DNA of 59,915 bases, filler included. It is 6 parts of 6 records of this genome, joined end to end, with 100 filler letters (N's around TTAATTAATTAA, not from the genome) between each part and the next. Parts side by side here need not be neighbours in the genome. Positions count along the whole stretch, not along the records: positions 48,550 to 59,915 come from SRR31156797_24114; 5 more parts are not named here. One strand, given 5' to 3'. Below the pieces are notes generated by a model. That model was given only the letters and a program-made list of their open reading frames with translations. It was not told where the DNA came from and did no database searches. Made by a program: the position numbers and the translations under genes. Each line of letters opens with the position of its first letter. Position 1 is the stretch's first letter. Positions 51,340-59,915 of the stretch are shown here, one piece after another.

Positions 51340-51837
51340 ATGAGAAATAAATTTATTCAAATTTTCATGCTGTTATTAATACTCAATGTTTCTAGTGTTT
51401 TTGCCGCAAAAACCGGAATTGAAGAAGGAAATCAAGTAATAAATTTCCAAATAACTGATTTATCGGGAAAAACCTATACAAGCAAAGACTTGATTGGAAA
51501 AACTGTAATACTTCATTTTTGGGCTAGTTGGTGCCCGCCATGTAAAGAAGAACTTCCGGTTTATAATAGCTTTTATAATGAAAATAAAAATAATAATATC
51601 GAATTCATAACTGTTTCTGTGGATAGTACTGAAAGAGCGTTAAGCTCTTTCCTTGAAAATAAAAATCTGGACTTTAATATTTTTCATGATAAAAAAGGCT
51701 TAGCCAGAAAATTCCTGGTAAGGGCTATTCCTACTACATACGTCATAGATGAAGAAGGAATCATAGTAAGAAAAAAAATGGGAAGTATCAGATGGAACAG
51801 ATACAGTCTGGATGAGATCAAAAGTGGTGATTTCTAA
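51340..51837 (+). CDS. TlpA/ResA-like exported thioredoxin
   Basis: Signal peptide; HFWASWCPPCKEE; IPTTYVIDEEG. Confidence 0.92.
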   Translation: MRNKFIQIFMLLLILNVSSVFAAKTGIEEGNQVINFQITDLSGKTYTSKDLIGKTVILHFWASWCPPCKEELPVYNSFYNENKNNNIEFITVSVDSTERALSSFLENKNLDFNIFHDKKGLARKFLVRAIPTTYVIDEEGIIVRKKMGSIRWNRYSLDEIKSGDF

Positions 51838-52526
51838 TGGAAGTGACTTTTCTCATTGTCCTAACCGCAGGTCTGGCTACTTTTTTATCCCCCTGCATTC
51901 TTCCATTAATTCCAACATATTTATCCTATATATCAGGAATTGCAGCTAAGGATTTAAAACATTCAAATAAAACTAAAATATTTTTTAATACACTTATTTT
52001 TATATTTGGTTTTACCACTGCATTTGTGTTACTTCAGTTTTTATTAGTTAACTTTGCAAATGCTGTTTCTACTGTAATTTCTAATAAGCTATTTTATAAT
52101 ATAATGGGATTAATAGTTATTGTTTTCGGACTTCAAGTTATGGGACTTATCAACTTAAAATTTTTAATGTTTGAGCGAAAAATAAATGTCAGTATTAAAT
52201 CAAATGGAAGAGCTTTTGTTTCATTTTTACTTGGTTTCTTATTTGGTTTTGGATGGTCACCTTGCATGGGTCCAATTCTCTTTTCAGTAATAGCATATAC
52301 CAGTCAGGCTGAAACGACATTACTTGGTATATTTTACCTAATTGTTTATTCATTTGGATTAGGTATTCCCTTACTTATTTTTAGTTTGTTTTTCGAAAAC
52401 TTAAAACCAGTTACAAACTTTCTAAAAAAACATTACTCGATTATCGAAAAAATCAGTGGATTGATATTAATACTTATCGGATTACTGCTTTTCTTTGACA
52501 AACTTAGTATTTTTAGTAATCTATAA
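51837..52526 (+). CDS. ccdA: CcdA (DsbD-beta) thiol-disulfide transmembrane electron transporter
   Basis: AG..TFLSPCILPLIP and FGWSPCMGPIL; about 6 TM helices; TAATG overlap with tlpA. Confidence 0.9.
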   Translation: MEVTFLIVLTAGLATFLSPCILPLIPTYLSYISGIAAKDLKHSNKTKIFFNTLIFIFGFTTAFVLLQFLLVNFANAVSTVISNKLFYNIMGLIVIVFGLQVMGLINLKFLMFERKINVSIKSNGRAFVSFLLGFLFGFGWSPCMGPILFSVIAYTSQAETTLLGIFYLIVYSFGLGIPLLIFSLFFENLKPVTNFLKKHYSIIEKISGLILILIGLLLFFDKLSIFSNL

Positions 52527-52550
52527 TTAATAATCTGATAGTCAAATTTA

Positions 52551-52574
52551 AAAGAGGCGCTTGCCTCTTTTTTT
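52551..52574 (+). terminator. Rho-independent terminator
   Basis: AAAGAGGC-GCTT-GCCTCTTT plus T-tract. Confidence 0.7.
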
Positions 52575-52803
52575 ATACACTAAATTATATTATATAATTC
52601 TACTTTTCTTAATTATCAATAAAGTTTGAGTCTTATATTTATTATTTTGACTTAAAAAACAGGAAATTATGGAAAAACTAGAATAATGTAGTATTATAGA
52701 TATTGAGGGAGATATTTTTACTTGAGCAAAATTATAATGTTATTTTGACTTTTAAATCTTTAGAATAACATAATATTGCTAATAAAGGGAAGGGGATATC
52801 CAT

Positions 52804-53514
52804 ATGGCTCTTAATAATTTTATTATTAGAAAAGGCGGCCGAACATATGAAACAAAGATAATGGATTATATGATCAGTGAAGGTAAAATTAAATTACAAG
52901 TTATTAACGCTGAGCCTAGATCTATATTTTTATACCAAAGAGACAAAATAGATGTTGGAATTCCTCAAAAGGGAGGATTCTGTCATTTTGAAAGTACCAT
53001 ATTATATAGAGATGTAATTGACCACTATGTGATTATTGACTATCCGCAAAATATAGTAAAAGAGGAGAGAAGAAAATTTAAGAGACTATCACTTCATCTA
53101 AATATAAGTGTAGGTTATGACCATCAACACAATATGAGTAATAATTTAAGCAAAGAAAATCGAAAAGAAAAAAATCCTGAGTTAATTGAAAAGGAAAAAA
53201 GTCATACTGATATTATTAGTGATCCAAATAACTTTGATCAGGTTATGATGAGTAATATTAGTATGGGAGGTTTGGCATTCTATTCTATCGAGGGATTTAA
53301 ATCGGGAGAGACAGTCTTTTTCAACTTTTCCCTCCCGAATAATGTTGCATTTCAAAATTTACAAGGTGAGATAAAATACTCAAAGCCCACAAAATATAAG
53401 AAAGTTAACGAGTATGGTGTTAAGTTTATTGATATAACTTCTGTTAATCAAAAATCTCTTAAAAATTTTATCTTTACTTATATTTCATCCCATCCATCAA
53501 CTGCTGAAGATTGA
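52804..53514 (+). CDS. PilZ-domain c-di-GMP receptor (YcgR/flagellar brake-like)
   Basis: PilZN-like N-terminus; c-di-GMP motifs ERRKFKR and NISMGG; YGVKF. Confidence 0.8.
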   Translation: MALNNFIIRKGGRTYETKIMDYMISEGKIKLQVINAEPRSIFLYQRDKIDVGIPQKGGFCHFESTILYRDVIDHYVIIDYPQNIVKEERRKFKRLSLHLNISVGYDHQHNMSNNLSKENRKEKNPELIEKEKSHTDIISDPNNFDQVMMSNISMGGLAFYSIEGFKSGETVFFNFSLPNNVAFQNLQGEIKYSKPTKYKKVNEYGVKFIDITSVNQKSLKNFIFTYISSHPSTAED

Positions 53515-54533
53515 TTATAACTTGTTACAGTACTTTCAAAGAAATTAGCTTTGACATCGCCGTTACCATCTGTATCGGCGATTTTTTCTAAATGCTTATA
53601 TGGGTTTTTATCAAAGCCTTCATAAACTGCTTTATATCCAAGACTTCTAAGTCTCTGATTTGCCAGCCATTTCGTATATGCTTCAGTACTCTCTTCAGTT
53701 ACTCCTAATATGTCATTTCCTATTATATGATTAGTCCATTCAATCTCTTGTTTAACAGCCGCATCAAACATTTCATAAACTGTCTCATCTTTAATAATAT
53801 CCGGATTTTCAGCCCTAATGTCGTTTATTAAATTTTGAAATAAAACAACGTGACTTAATTCATCTCTATTAATAAATCGAATAATGTCAGCTGTTCCCGG
53901 CATAAGATTTCTACTTGCTAATAGATAAAAGAAATTAAAACCATTATAGAAATAAAGTGCCTCTAAGAGATAATCAGCTAATAATGCCTTAACAAAATTT
54001 TCGACACTACTCTCATCGTGAAAATCCTGATAAGTTTTAGCTATAAATTTGATTCTATCAAATAAAACTTTATCATCTCTCCAAAATTCATATATATCTT
54101 CTCTTTTTTCTATCGGAATGATTGATTCAATAGTATATGCGTAACTTTGAGAGTGAATTGCCTCTTGATATGTTTGTATAGCTAATATCAAATTTACTTC
54201 AGGGGCAGTTATATACTCTGATATCTTTGGTACATTGTTAGTTTGTAAACTATCAAGAAATACTAAAAATGACAGTATTCCATCATAAGCTCTTCTCTCT
54301 TGAACTGTTAATTTTTGATAATCAAGTTGATCCATTGTAAGATCAACTTTTTCAGGTATCCAGAAGTTTTCCATCATTGTTCTATATAATCTATTGGCCC
54401 ATTTATATTTTACATTGTTTAAGTTAAACAGATTAGTTGTATTTCCATCAATTAATTTTCTATTTTGAATTTCATCTATCCCTTCAGGGTTAAATAATAG
54501 CTTACTATTCATCAAATTATTATTTTCTGTCAT
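53478..54533 (-). CDS. nrdB: Ribonucleotide reductase class Ia beta subunit
   Basis: FWIPE, FLDSLQ, EAIHSQSY (radical Tyr present), LEALYFYNGF, INRDELSH, NFFE...Y. Confidence 0.95.
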   Translation of the reverse strand: MTENNNLMNSKLLFNPEGIDEIQNRKLIDGNTTNLFNLNNVKYKWANRLYRTMMENFWIPEKVDLTMDQLDYQKLTVQERRAYDGILSFLVFLDSLQTNNVPKISEYITAPEVNLILAIQTYQEAIHSQSYAYTIESIIPIEKREDIYEFWRDDKVLFDRIKFIAKTYQDFHDESSVENFVKALLADYLLEALYFYNGFNFFYLLASRNLMPGTADIIRFINRDELSHVVLFQNLINDIRAENPDIIKDETVYEMFDAAVKQEIEWTNHIIGNDILGVTEESTEAYTKWLANQRLRSLGYKAVYEGFDKNPYKHLEKIADTDGNGDVKANFFESTVTSYNQSSAVDGWDEI

Positions 54534-54582
54534 AATTCCTCCACTGTATTTTCTTTTGATATATTATCGGTCTTTATTGTTG

Positions 54583-56862
54583 CTAGTTAGCACATGATAC
54601 ACATTCATCTTTTTCACTGGCTGTATTTGAATTTTTTTGAATTGTTCTGGTATAATAAATTGTTTTACAATCGTTTTCCCAAGCTGCCATTATTGTATCA
54701 TAAATATCTTTTGCTTTAATATCTAAATTAAGATTGTAAATTAATTCCATACTTATTCCCTGATCAATCCATTTTTGAATTTTAGATATTAATTTTACTA
54801 CTTTTGTTTGAGGAATAGTTTTACTCTCCTGATAGTACCAAAAAGCATCTTTAACAAACGGTGGACAAATCGGAACAACTCCCTTAGCATTTTTGTCCAT
54901 ATAAAATTTACTAAATATCGGCATTACACTTGAACTACATCCTTGCACAAGGGCACTTGATGTATTTGGCGCTATTGCCATTAATTGAGAATTTCGAATT
55001 CCATGCATGTGGATTTCATCAATTTGTTCTAACCACTCATCAGCTATTTTACTATTTTTCTTATACCATGTTCTATCTTTACCAAATAAAATTCCTTTTG
55101 ACCAATCACTTCCGTCGAACTTTTTATAAGCTCCACGCTCTTTAGCTAATTGAACACTCATTTTTACTGTATTAAGAGAGATAAACTCAAATAATTCATC
55201 AACTTCACTAAGAGTTTTTTCACTATCATTATATGGTAATTTATTTATTGCTAAATAATCCGCAAGCCCCATTGCTCCTACACCTATTGTTCTGTAATAC
55301 TCATTATGCAAATTACTCTCTTGAATAGGTGCAACTGTTAATGTTATTGCGTTATCAAGAATTCTAACAGCGATTTGAGATGATTCAGCTAATTCAGCTC
55401 TCTCAAGAAGTTTAGATAAATTTAGTGAGACTAAATTACAAGTATGAACAAGTCCACTCTCTGTTTCCTGACTTAATTTTCCATCTATTAATTTTATTTT
55501 ATTTGGATTAGTTGGTCTAAAATTAGAGAATGATTCCTGGCATAAATTACCACTTCCCACAAAACCGTCATGTTTATTTGGATTCATCTTATTAACAGTA
55601 TCTTTGAAGAAAATATAAGGCATACCTGTTTCTATTTGAGTTTTCATTATTCTTTTCAATAAATCTTTTGCGTTAACTTTTCTACTTAATTCTAATTTAT
55701 CCTCTATTTCAATTTTTCGATAGAATTTCTCGAACTCTTCTCCCCAAAGTTCTGCAATCTCTACATTATATTTTATTCTAACTTCATTAGGATCAAATAA
55801 TGTCCACTCTTCATCATTTTGCACTCTTCGCATAAACAGGTCAGCAACTACAACTTGTGGAAACAAGTCATAAGCCTTTTTTCTCTGGTCTCCGTTTTCA
55901 GTTTGAAGTTCCAAGAAATCCTCTATATCCAAATGCCATATATCAAGAGCCACTGTAACAGCACCAGCTCTCTTTCCTAACTGATTTACAGCTACAGCAG
56001 TATCATTTATTATCTTGATCCATGGAACGACTCCGCCGGAAGCATTAGGCGTTTTTTTAATCTCAGAACCTGTGGCTCTAACTCTACTTAAATTAACTCC
56101 AACTCCACCGCCATTTTTTGAAATTTGTGCAATTTTAGTTATATTATAAAATATACTGTCTAAATTATCGCCTATTGCAGTAATAAAACATGATGAAAGA
56201 TTTCCATTAGGTTTTCTTAAATTAATCAAAATCGGAGTTGCAAGTGAAATTTTTTTGCCGGCTATCTGATCATATATCTCCTTTGTTACTTTTAGTCTTT
56301 TATCTTTCTCCTCTACAGATGCTAATAATAATGCAATAGAAAGAAACATCTCTTGCGGAAGTTCGAATACATCTTTTCTATCTTTAATTAAGTATCTATT
56401 TATTATCATTGACATTCCTGCATAATCAAAATCTAAGTCATAATTCGGATTCAAAAATTTTGCTGCTTCATTTAATTCATCTTCTGTATAAGTTTTCAAT
56501 ATTTCATCTGAATACAAACCTTTTTCTACTGCTAATTTAAGAAACTCTACATAGTTTGAATAACCAAACTCGTTATAATTACGATTTTTTGCTGCTTCCT
56601 TATATAATTCCATAACAGAAAGTCTCGCAGCCATAAATCTCCACTCGGGTTCATCAATTGAAGTTAACCTTAATGCTGTTTCTATTAATGACTTTTGAAT
56701 CTCTTCTGTCGTTATCTCATCTGTATAAATGCTCATAACATGACTTTCAAGTTCTAAATGACTAATCTCATTTAAATCCTTACTAGCCCATTCAATAGCC
56801 TTACGAATTTCCTTTATATCTAACTCTGATATTTTATTATCTCTTTTAATTACCTTTGTCAT
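54583..56862 (-). CDS. nrdA: Ribonucleotide reductase class Ia alpha subunit with ATP-cone
   Basis: VIKRD ATP-cone, ATPIL, SSCF, NLCQE, TCNL.S.NL, AIAPN, DQGIS, TIYY, C-terminal CVSC; ATG 56862 after GAGGTGGAG. Confidence 0.95.
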   Translation of the reverse strand: MTKVIKRDNKISELDIKEIRKAIEWASKDLNEISHLELESHVMSIYTDEITTEEIQKSLIETALRLTSIDEPEWRFMAARLSVMELYKEAAKNRNYNEFGYSNYVEFLKLAVEKGLYSDEILKTYTEDELNEAAKFLNPNYDLDFDYAGMSMIINRYLIKDRKDVFELPQEMFLSIALLLASVEEKDKRLKVTKEIYDQIAGKKISLATPILINLRKPNGNLSSCFITAIGDNLDSIFYNITKIAQISKNGGGVGVNLSRVRATGSEIKKTPNASGGVVPWIKIINDTAVAVNQLGKRAGAVTVALDIWHLDIEDFLELQTENGDQRKKAYDLFPQVVVADLFMRRVQNDEEWTLFDPNEVRIKYNVEIAELWGEEFEKFYRKIEIEDKLELSRKVNAKDLLKRIMKTQIETGMPYIFFKDTVNKMNPNKHDGFVGSGNLCQESFSNFRPTNPNKIKLIDGKLSQETESGLVHTCNLVSLNLSKLLERAELAESSQIAVRILDNAITLTVAPIQESNLHNEYYRTIGVGAMGLADYLAINKLPYNDSEKTLSEVDELFEFISLNTVKMSVQLAKERGAYKKFDGSDWSKGILFGKDRTWYKKNSKIADEWLEQIDEIHMHGIRNSQLMAIAPNTSSALVQGCSSSVMPIFSKFYMDKNAKGVVPICPPFVKDAFWYYQESKTIPQTKVVKLISKIQKWIDQGISMELIYNLNLDIKAKDIYDTIMAAWENDCKTIYYTRTIQKNSNTASEKDECVSCAN

Positions 56863-57293
56863 GTTCTCCACCTCAGTTATTTTTTAGTCAAAATAATCAA
56901 ATCTCTTATTCGTGTTTCAATTTCAACTTTATAATGATTTCATAATTAAATTTTACCATATAGGATTATAATTATCAAGAACAACTGTATTTTTAAGCTT
57001 AAATATGTTATAAATATAATGTAGTGTTAAATTATACCAAAAAATTACCATTTCACCTTTAAATTCTTTACTTTTAGTTGTTTTATTGTCTCGGACACAT
57101 GTTACATAACCAGTTGTGAAAAAATCGTTTCTTTGGTATAATGTCACCTATCTGATTTTAAATATATTATTAAGAATCACTTGTAAATACACTAGTTATA
57201 TTGACTTAGGGCTTAAGCACAAGAATAAAAAAAGTATTGACTTTTTTCAAAAAATGTAATAACCTAAAGTATGTTTTAAAGGGGGCTATTATC

Positions 57294-58592
57294 ATGAACA
57301 TACTTTCGCCAAACGAAAAAGTTGTTTTTTTACGAAAAAAATACAAAATTAGCCAAAACGAACTCACAATGGGGAAATTTTCAAGAAGTTATCTTGGAAT
57401 GGTTGAGATCGGTAAAACTAATTTTAACGAGAATTTTGCTTCCAACATAGTTGACAATTTTAATACTATTTTGGAAGAAAGAGGCGTTGACTTTAGGGTA
57501 ACTTTAGACTTTTTGATGAAGTCAAAAGAAGAGCAAATTAAGTCTATTGCCGCGGATTTTATTGAAAGAATTGAGAACGATATTGATTTTGAAACTGTTG
57601 CTTCTGAAATTGAGAATTTCATTGGTGAATATAGTTTGGATATCAAAATTGAACTCTACAAAAAACTTGCTGATAAGTTATATTCAAATCTTAAATTTAA
57701 AAGGGCGCTGTTTTATTACTTAAGAATCTTCAATGATGTTTTAATATCTAGAAATTATGACATTTTGTCAAAAGTGTCGCTAAATATTATTAGAATTTCT
57801 TATAACTTAGAAAAACACGATGAAGTTTTACGTATTGAGAAAATTATTAAACAACTTCTTAATAATTTCGATAAAGATGGTCAATTAAGAATTACGTATA
57901 ACTTTGGAATTACATTTCATAAAGTAAATAAATTTTCTCAGGCTTTAAAGTATTTTGATAAATTTTTACTTATTAATAAAACTGACGAATCTGGTGACAA
58001 AGAGCTTAGAAATTTTAAAGGTAACTTAATGAAAGCAAGAGCATTAGTTGGTCTTGGTGAATATACAAAAGCAATTAATATTTTAAGAAGTTTATTAAAA
58101 ACTTATTATGAACATGAGAAAAAAGTACATACTAATATGTATTTAATGCTTACATATGTTGAAATGGACGAAATTGAAAAAGTTAAATATTACTTTAGAA
58201 AAAATAGGAAACTTATTGCTGAACACGGACATGAAGTATATGATGATGAATTATTGATGCATTATTTCGAACTTGGAAAAACTGCACTTTATTTAAATAG
58301 AAATGAAATTGCAATTAAATACTTTGAAAAAGCTCTTGATGTTACAATTGAATATTTAGACGTTACATATGAGCTTGTACTGGATTATCGATTGAATTCA
58401 ATTAAAAATTTACTAACTTTATACTCAAAAAGAGATTTAGTAAAAGTTGAAAGTTTATTTGAAAAATATTTAGAGATATCGAAATTATCACCTAGTTATA
58501 AAGAGGGATATAATTTTATTAAATATTATAACAAATACAACTTTAAGACTAAAATCGATGAAACTATTGAAATATTACTTGAAACTAAATAA
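57294..58592 (+). CDS. XRE-HTH + TPR regulator (RRNPP-like architecture)
   Basis: LRKKYKISQNEL...SRSYLGMVEIGK XRE HTH followed by TPR-like helices (YNFGITFH..ALKYFDK; FELGK...AIKYFEKAL); ATG 57294 after AAGGGGG. Confidence 0.8.
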   Translation: MNILSPNEKVVFLRKKYKISQNELTMGKFSRSYLGMVEIGKTNFNENFASNIVDNFNTILEERGVDFRVTLDFLMKSKEEQIKSIAADFIERIENDIDFETVASEIENFIGEYSLDIKIELYKKLADKLYSNLKFKRALFYYLRIFNDVLISRNYDILSKVSLNIIRISYNLEKHDEVLRIEKIIKQLLNNFDKDGQLRITYNFGITFHKVNKFSQALKYFDKFLLINKTDESGDKELRNFKGNLMKARALVGLGEYTKAINILRSLLKTYYEHEKKVHTNMYLMLTYVEMDEIEKVKYYFRKNRKLIAEHGHEVYDDELLMHYFELGKTALYLNRNEIAIKYFEKALDVTIEYLDVTYELVLDYRLNSIKNLLTLYSKRDLVKVESLFEKYLEISKLSPSYKEGYNFIKYYNKYNFKTKIDETIEILLETK

Positions 58593-58596
58593 ATTT

Positions 58597-58628
58597 TAAG
58601 ACCGCTGAAACAGCGGTCTTATTTTTTA
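58597..58628. terminator. Bidirectional terminator
   Basis: TAAGACCGCTG-AAA-CAGCGGTCTTA between convergent stops. Confidence 0.75.
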
Positions 58629-59569
58629 TTATTAAAGTTATATTGCCTTACATCTATAGCTTCTTTGATAGCTACAAAAACCAAAACCTTATATAAGATA
58701 AACAATATTCCAATAGGCAATAACAGAGTATTAATAATATAAACTGTTATTATTACCGGTAGATTATTTATTATGTTTTTAGATATATCTTTAAGCGAAG
58801 TATTAATTTCAGTAAATTTATTTCTCAGAGCAGCAATTTTTTCTTTAATACCGGTACTAAAGAAACCTTTTTTCTTCTCCTCTTGTACTTTTTCGAGCTG
58901 AAACAATTTTTCTCTTATCTCTTCCAACCTAACTATCTCATGATCCAGATTTGAAATAGCCTCATTACGATAATTATTATTTATATACTCTGTCCCTAAT
59001 GAGTTGATATAAATTGAAAGAGGTAATAAAAGATAAATCAAAGCTGTTAAAACAATAATACTTTTAGCTATTCTGGCAAAAAAATTAGTAATTGCATTAT
59101 TTGCAAATACTATTGGAATAAACAACATTCCCGATAACATCATTGCATACTTGAAAAAACTTAAATCAGTATTTTTAATTAAAATCGCCTGAACTTTAAG
59201 AGATACCGTACTCATCAAAGCTATTCGCCAAATTATATCTATTCCATCATATATAGGTTGAACTATATCACCAACCTCCAGCTCTCCACCTATAACCGCA
59301 TCAACATTGATGCTACTCCCCTCTATTACTGCCACTATTCCTTTTGCAAGAGATAGTTTTAAGAAGAGCTCTGCTGCGTTATCACTGGTTTTATCAATAT
59401 ACTCTATATCTTTTTGCTTTAAGTTATTATAAACTATACTTTTGTATTTCTCAGTTACATAACCTTTATGTGCTGCAAATATAAAAGTTATTAAAGCTAA
59501 TAATATTAAAATACGTGTTCTAAATTTATTTTTATTTCTTATAAATCTATAAATTGTCATCTTAAGCAT
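58619..59569 (-). CDS. Hypothetical membrane protein with coiled-coil loop
   Basis: 316-aa ORF, GGAGGT RBS, several hydrophobic helices, a charged helical segment; no family recognised. Confidence 0.7.
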   Translation of the reverse strand: MLKMTIYRFIRNKNKFRTRILILLALITFIFAAHKGYVTEKYKSIVYNNLKQKDIEYIDKTSDNAAELFLKLSLAKGIVAVIEGSSINVDAVIGGELEVGDIVQPIYDGIDIIWRIALMSTVSLKVQAILIKNTDLSFFKYAMMLSGMLFIPIVFANNAITNFFARIAKSIIVLTALIYLLLPLSIYINSLGTEYINNNYRNEAISNLDHEIVRLEEIREKLFQLEKVQEEKKKGFFSTGIKEKIAALRNKFTEINTSLKDISKNIINNLPVIITVYIINTLLLPIGILFILYKVLVFVAIKEAIDVRQYNFNNKK

Positions 59570-59915
59570 TTTACACCTCCATTACTTCATTATATTATAT
59601 TTTGATTCTGAATTCAAATTTAATTCTTTTCAATTATTTTATTATAGGACTTTGTTGAAATGCAATAATACTTGAGTACAAGAGTCTGTTATTTTAGTAC
59701 ATTTACTAGAAGATGATTAATTCAATTATCCCCCTTTGTGCTACAGCACAAAATTATCATTTTTTTTTTGGATTCTAATACATTGTAAAAACCCTTTTTT
59801 AGAAGTATAATAGTTGCATATCAAGTTACCATTAACTAAATTGATGTTATCACCAAACAACATAGAAACAGTTAATATTATCTTGATCACACCTATCAAT
59901 ATATTGGTGTTCAAA

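Noticed and set aside
3432-53514. c-di-GMP circuit linking the GGDEF cyclase and the PilZ protein
   Set aside because: They lie on different contigs, apparently from different organisms.
56953-57051. 32-aa minus-strand ORF (MVIFWYNL...) as signalling peptide for the HTH-TPR regulator
   Set aside because: The SD-like AAGGTG is only about 2 nt from the ATG, there is no basic-hydrophobic signal peptide, and it probably overlaps the nrdA promoter region.
59897-59906. CAATATATTG, NrdR-box-like core
   Set aside because: Single copy, 3 kb from nrdA and at the window edge; likely by chance in AT-rich DNA.

Overview
This window is not one locus. It is six unrelated contigs joined by artificial 100-nt linkers (44 N + TTAATTAATTAA + 44 N) at 11791-11890, 19688-19787, 29225-29324, 41664-41763 and 48450-48549. 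Contig 1 (1-11790, moderate GC) carries a tandem RCC1/BLIP-II beta-propeller protein, a CCG Fe-S protein coupled to an Ada-like methyltransferase, a CHASE-PAS-GGDEF cyclase, a cupin, an MDR oxidoreductase, a phytase-like lipoprotein, a membrane polyferredoxin and typA. Contig 2 (11891-19687, AT-rich, Bacteroidota-like) holds one giant Ig/PKD/SprB-repeat surface protein, 3'-truncated. Contig 3 (19788-29224, spirochaete-like) has two sugar ABC transporter operons, a GntR-LacI regulator, and MATE and EamA exporters. Contig 4 (29325-41663, GC-rich, Desulfobacterales-like) has an operon of SCP2 lipid carrier, two DUF2148-like Fe-S proteins, acyl-CoA ligase and acyl-CoA dehydrogenase, with a structured leader and candidate TetR operator, followed by GNAT, TetR, HIT, sbcDC, a tyrosine-recombinase relic and an MCP. 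Contig 5 (41764-48449) is a multi-step His-Asp phosphorelay. Contig 6 (48550-59915, very AT-rich) has icd-citrate synthase, a repeat lipoprotein with a probable ATT start, TlpA-CcdA, a PilZ protein, class Ia nrdAB, a divergent HTH-TPR (RRNPP-like) regulator and a membrane protein. The best candidate for an undescribed system is the SCP2/DUF2148-pair/CoA-ligase/ACAD operon. I saw no rRNA, tRNA, CRISPR array or intact mobile element. Family and taxonomic assignments come from motif recognition by eye, not from database searches.
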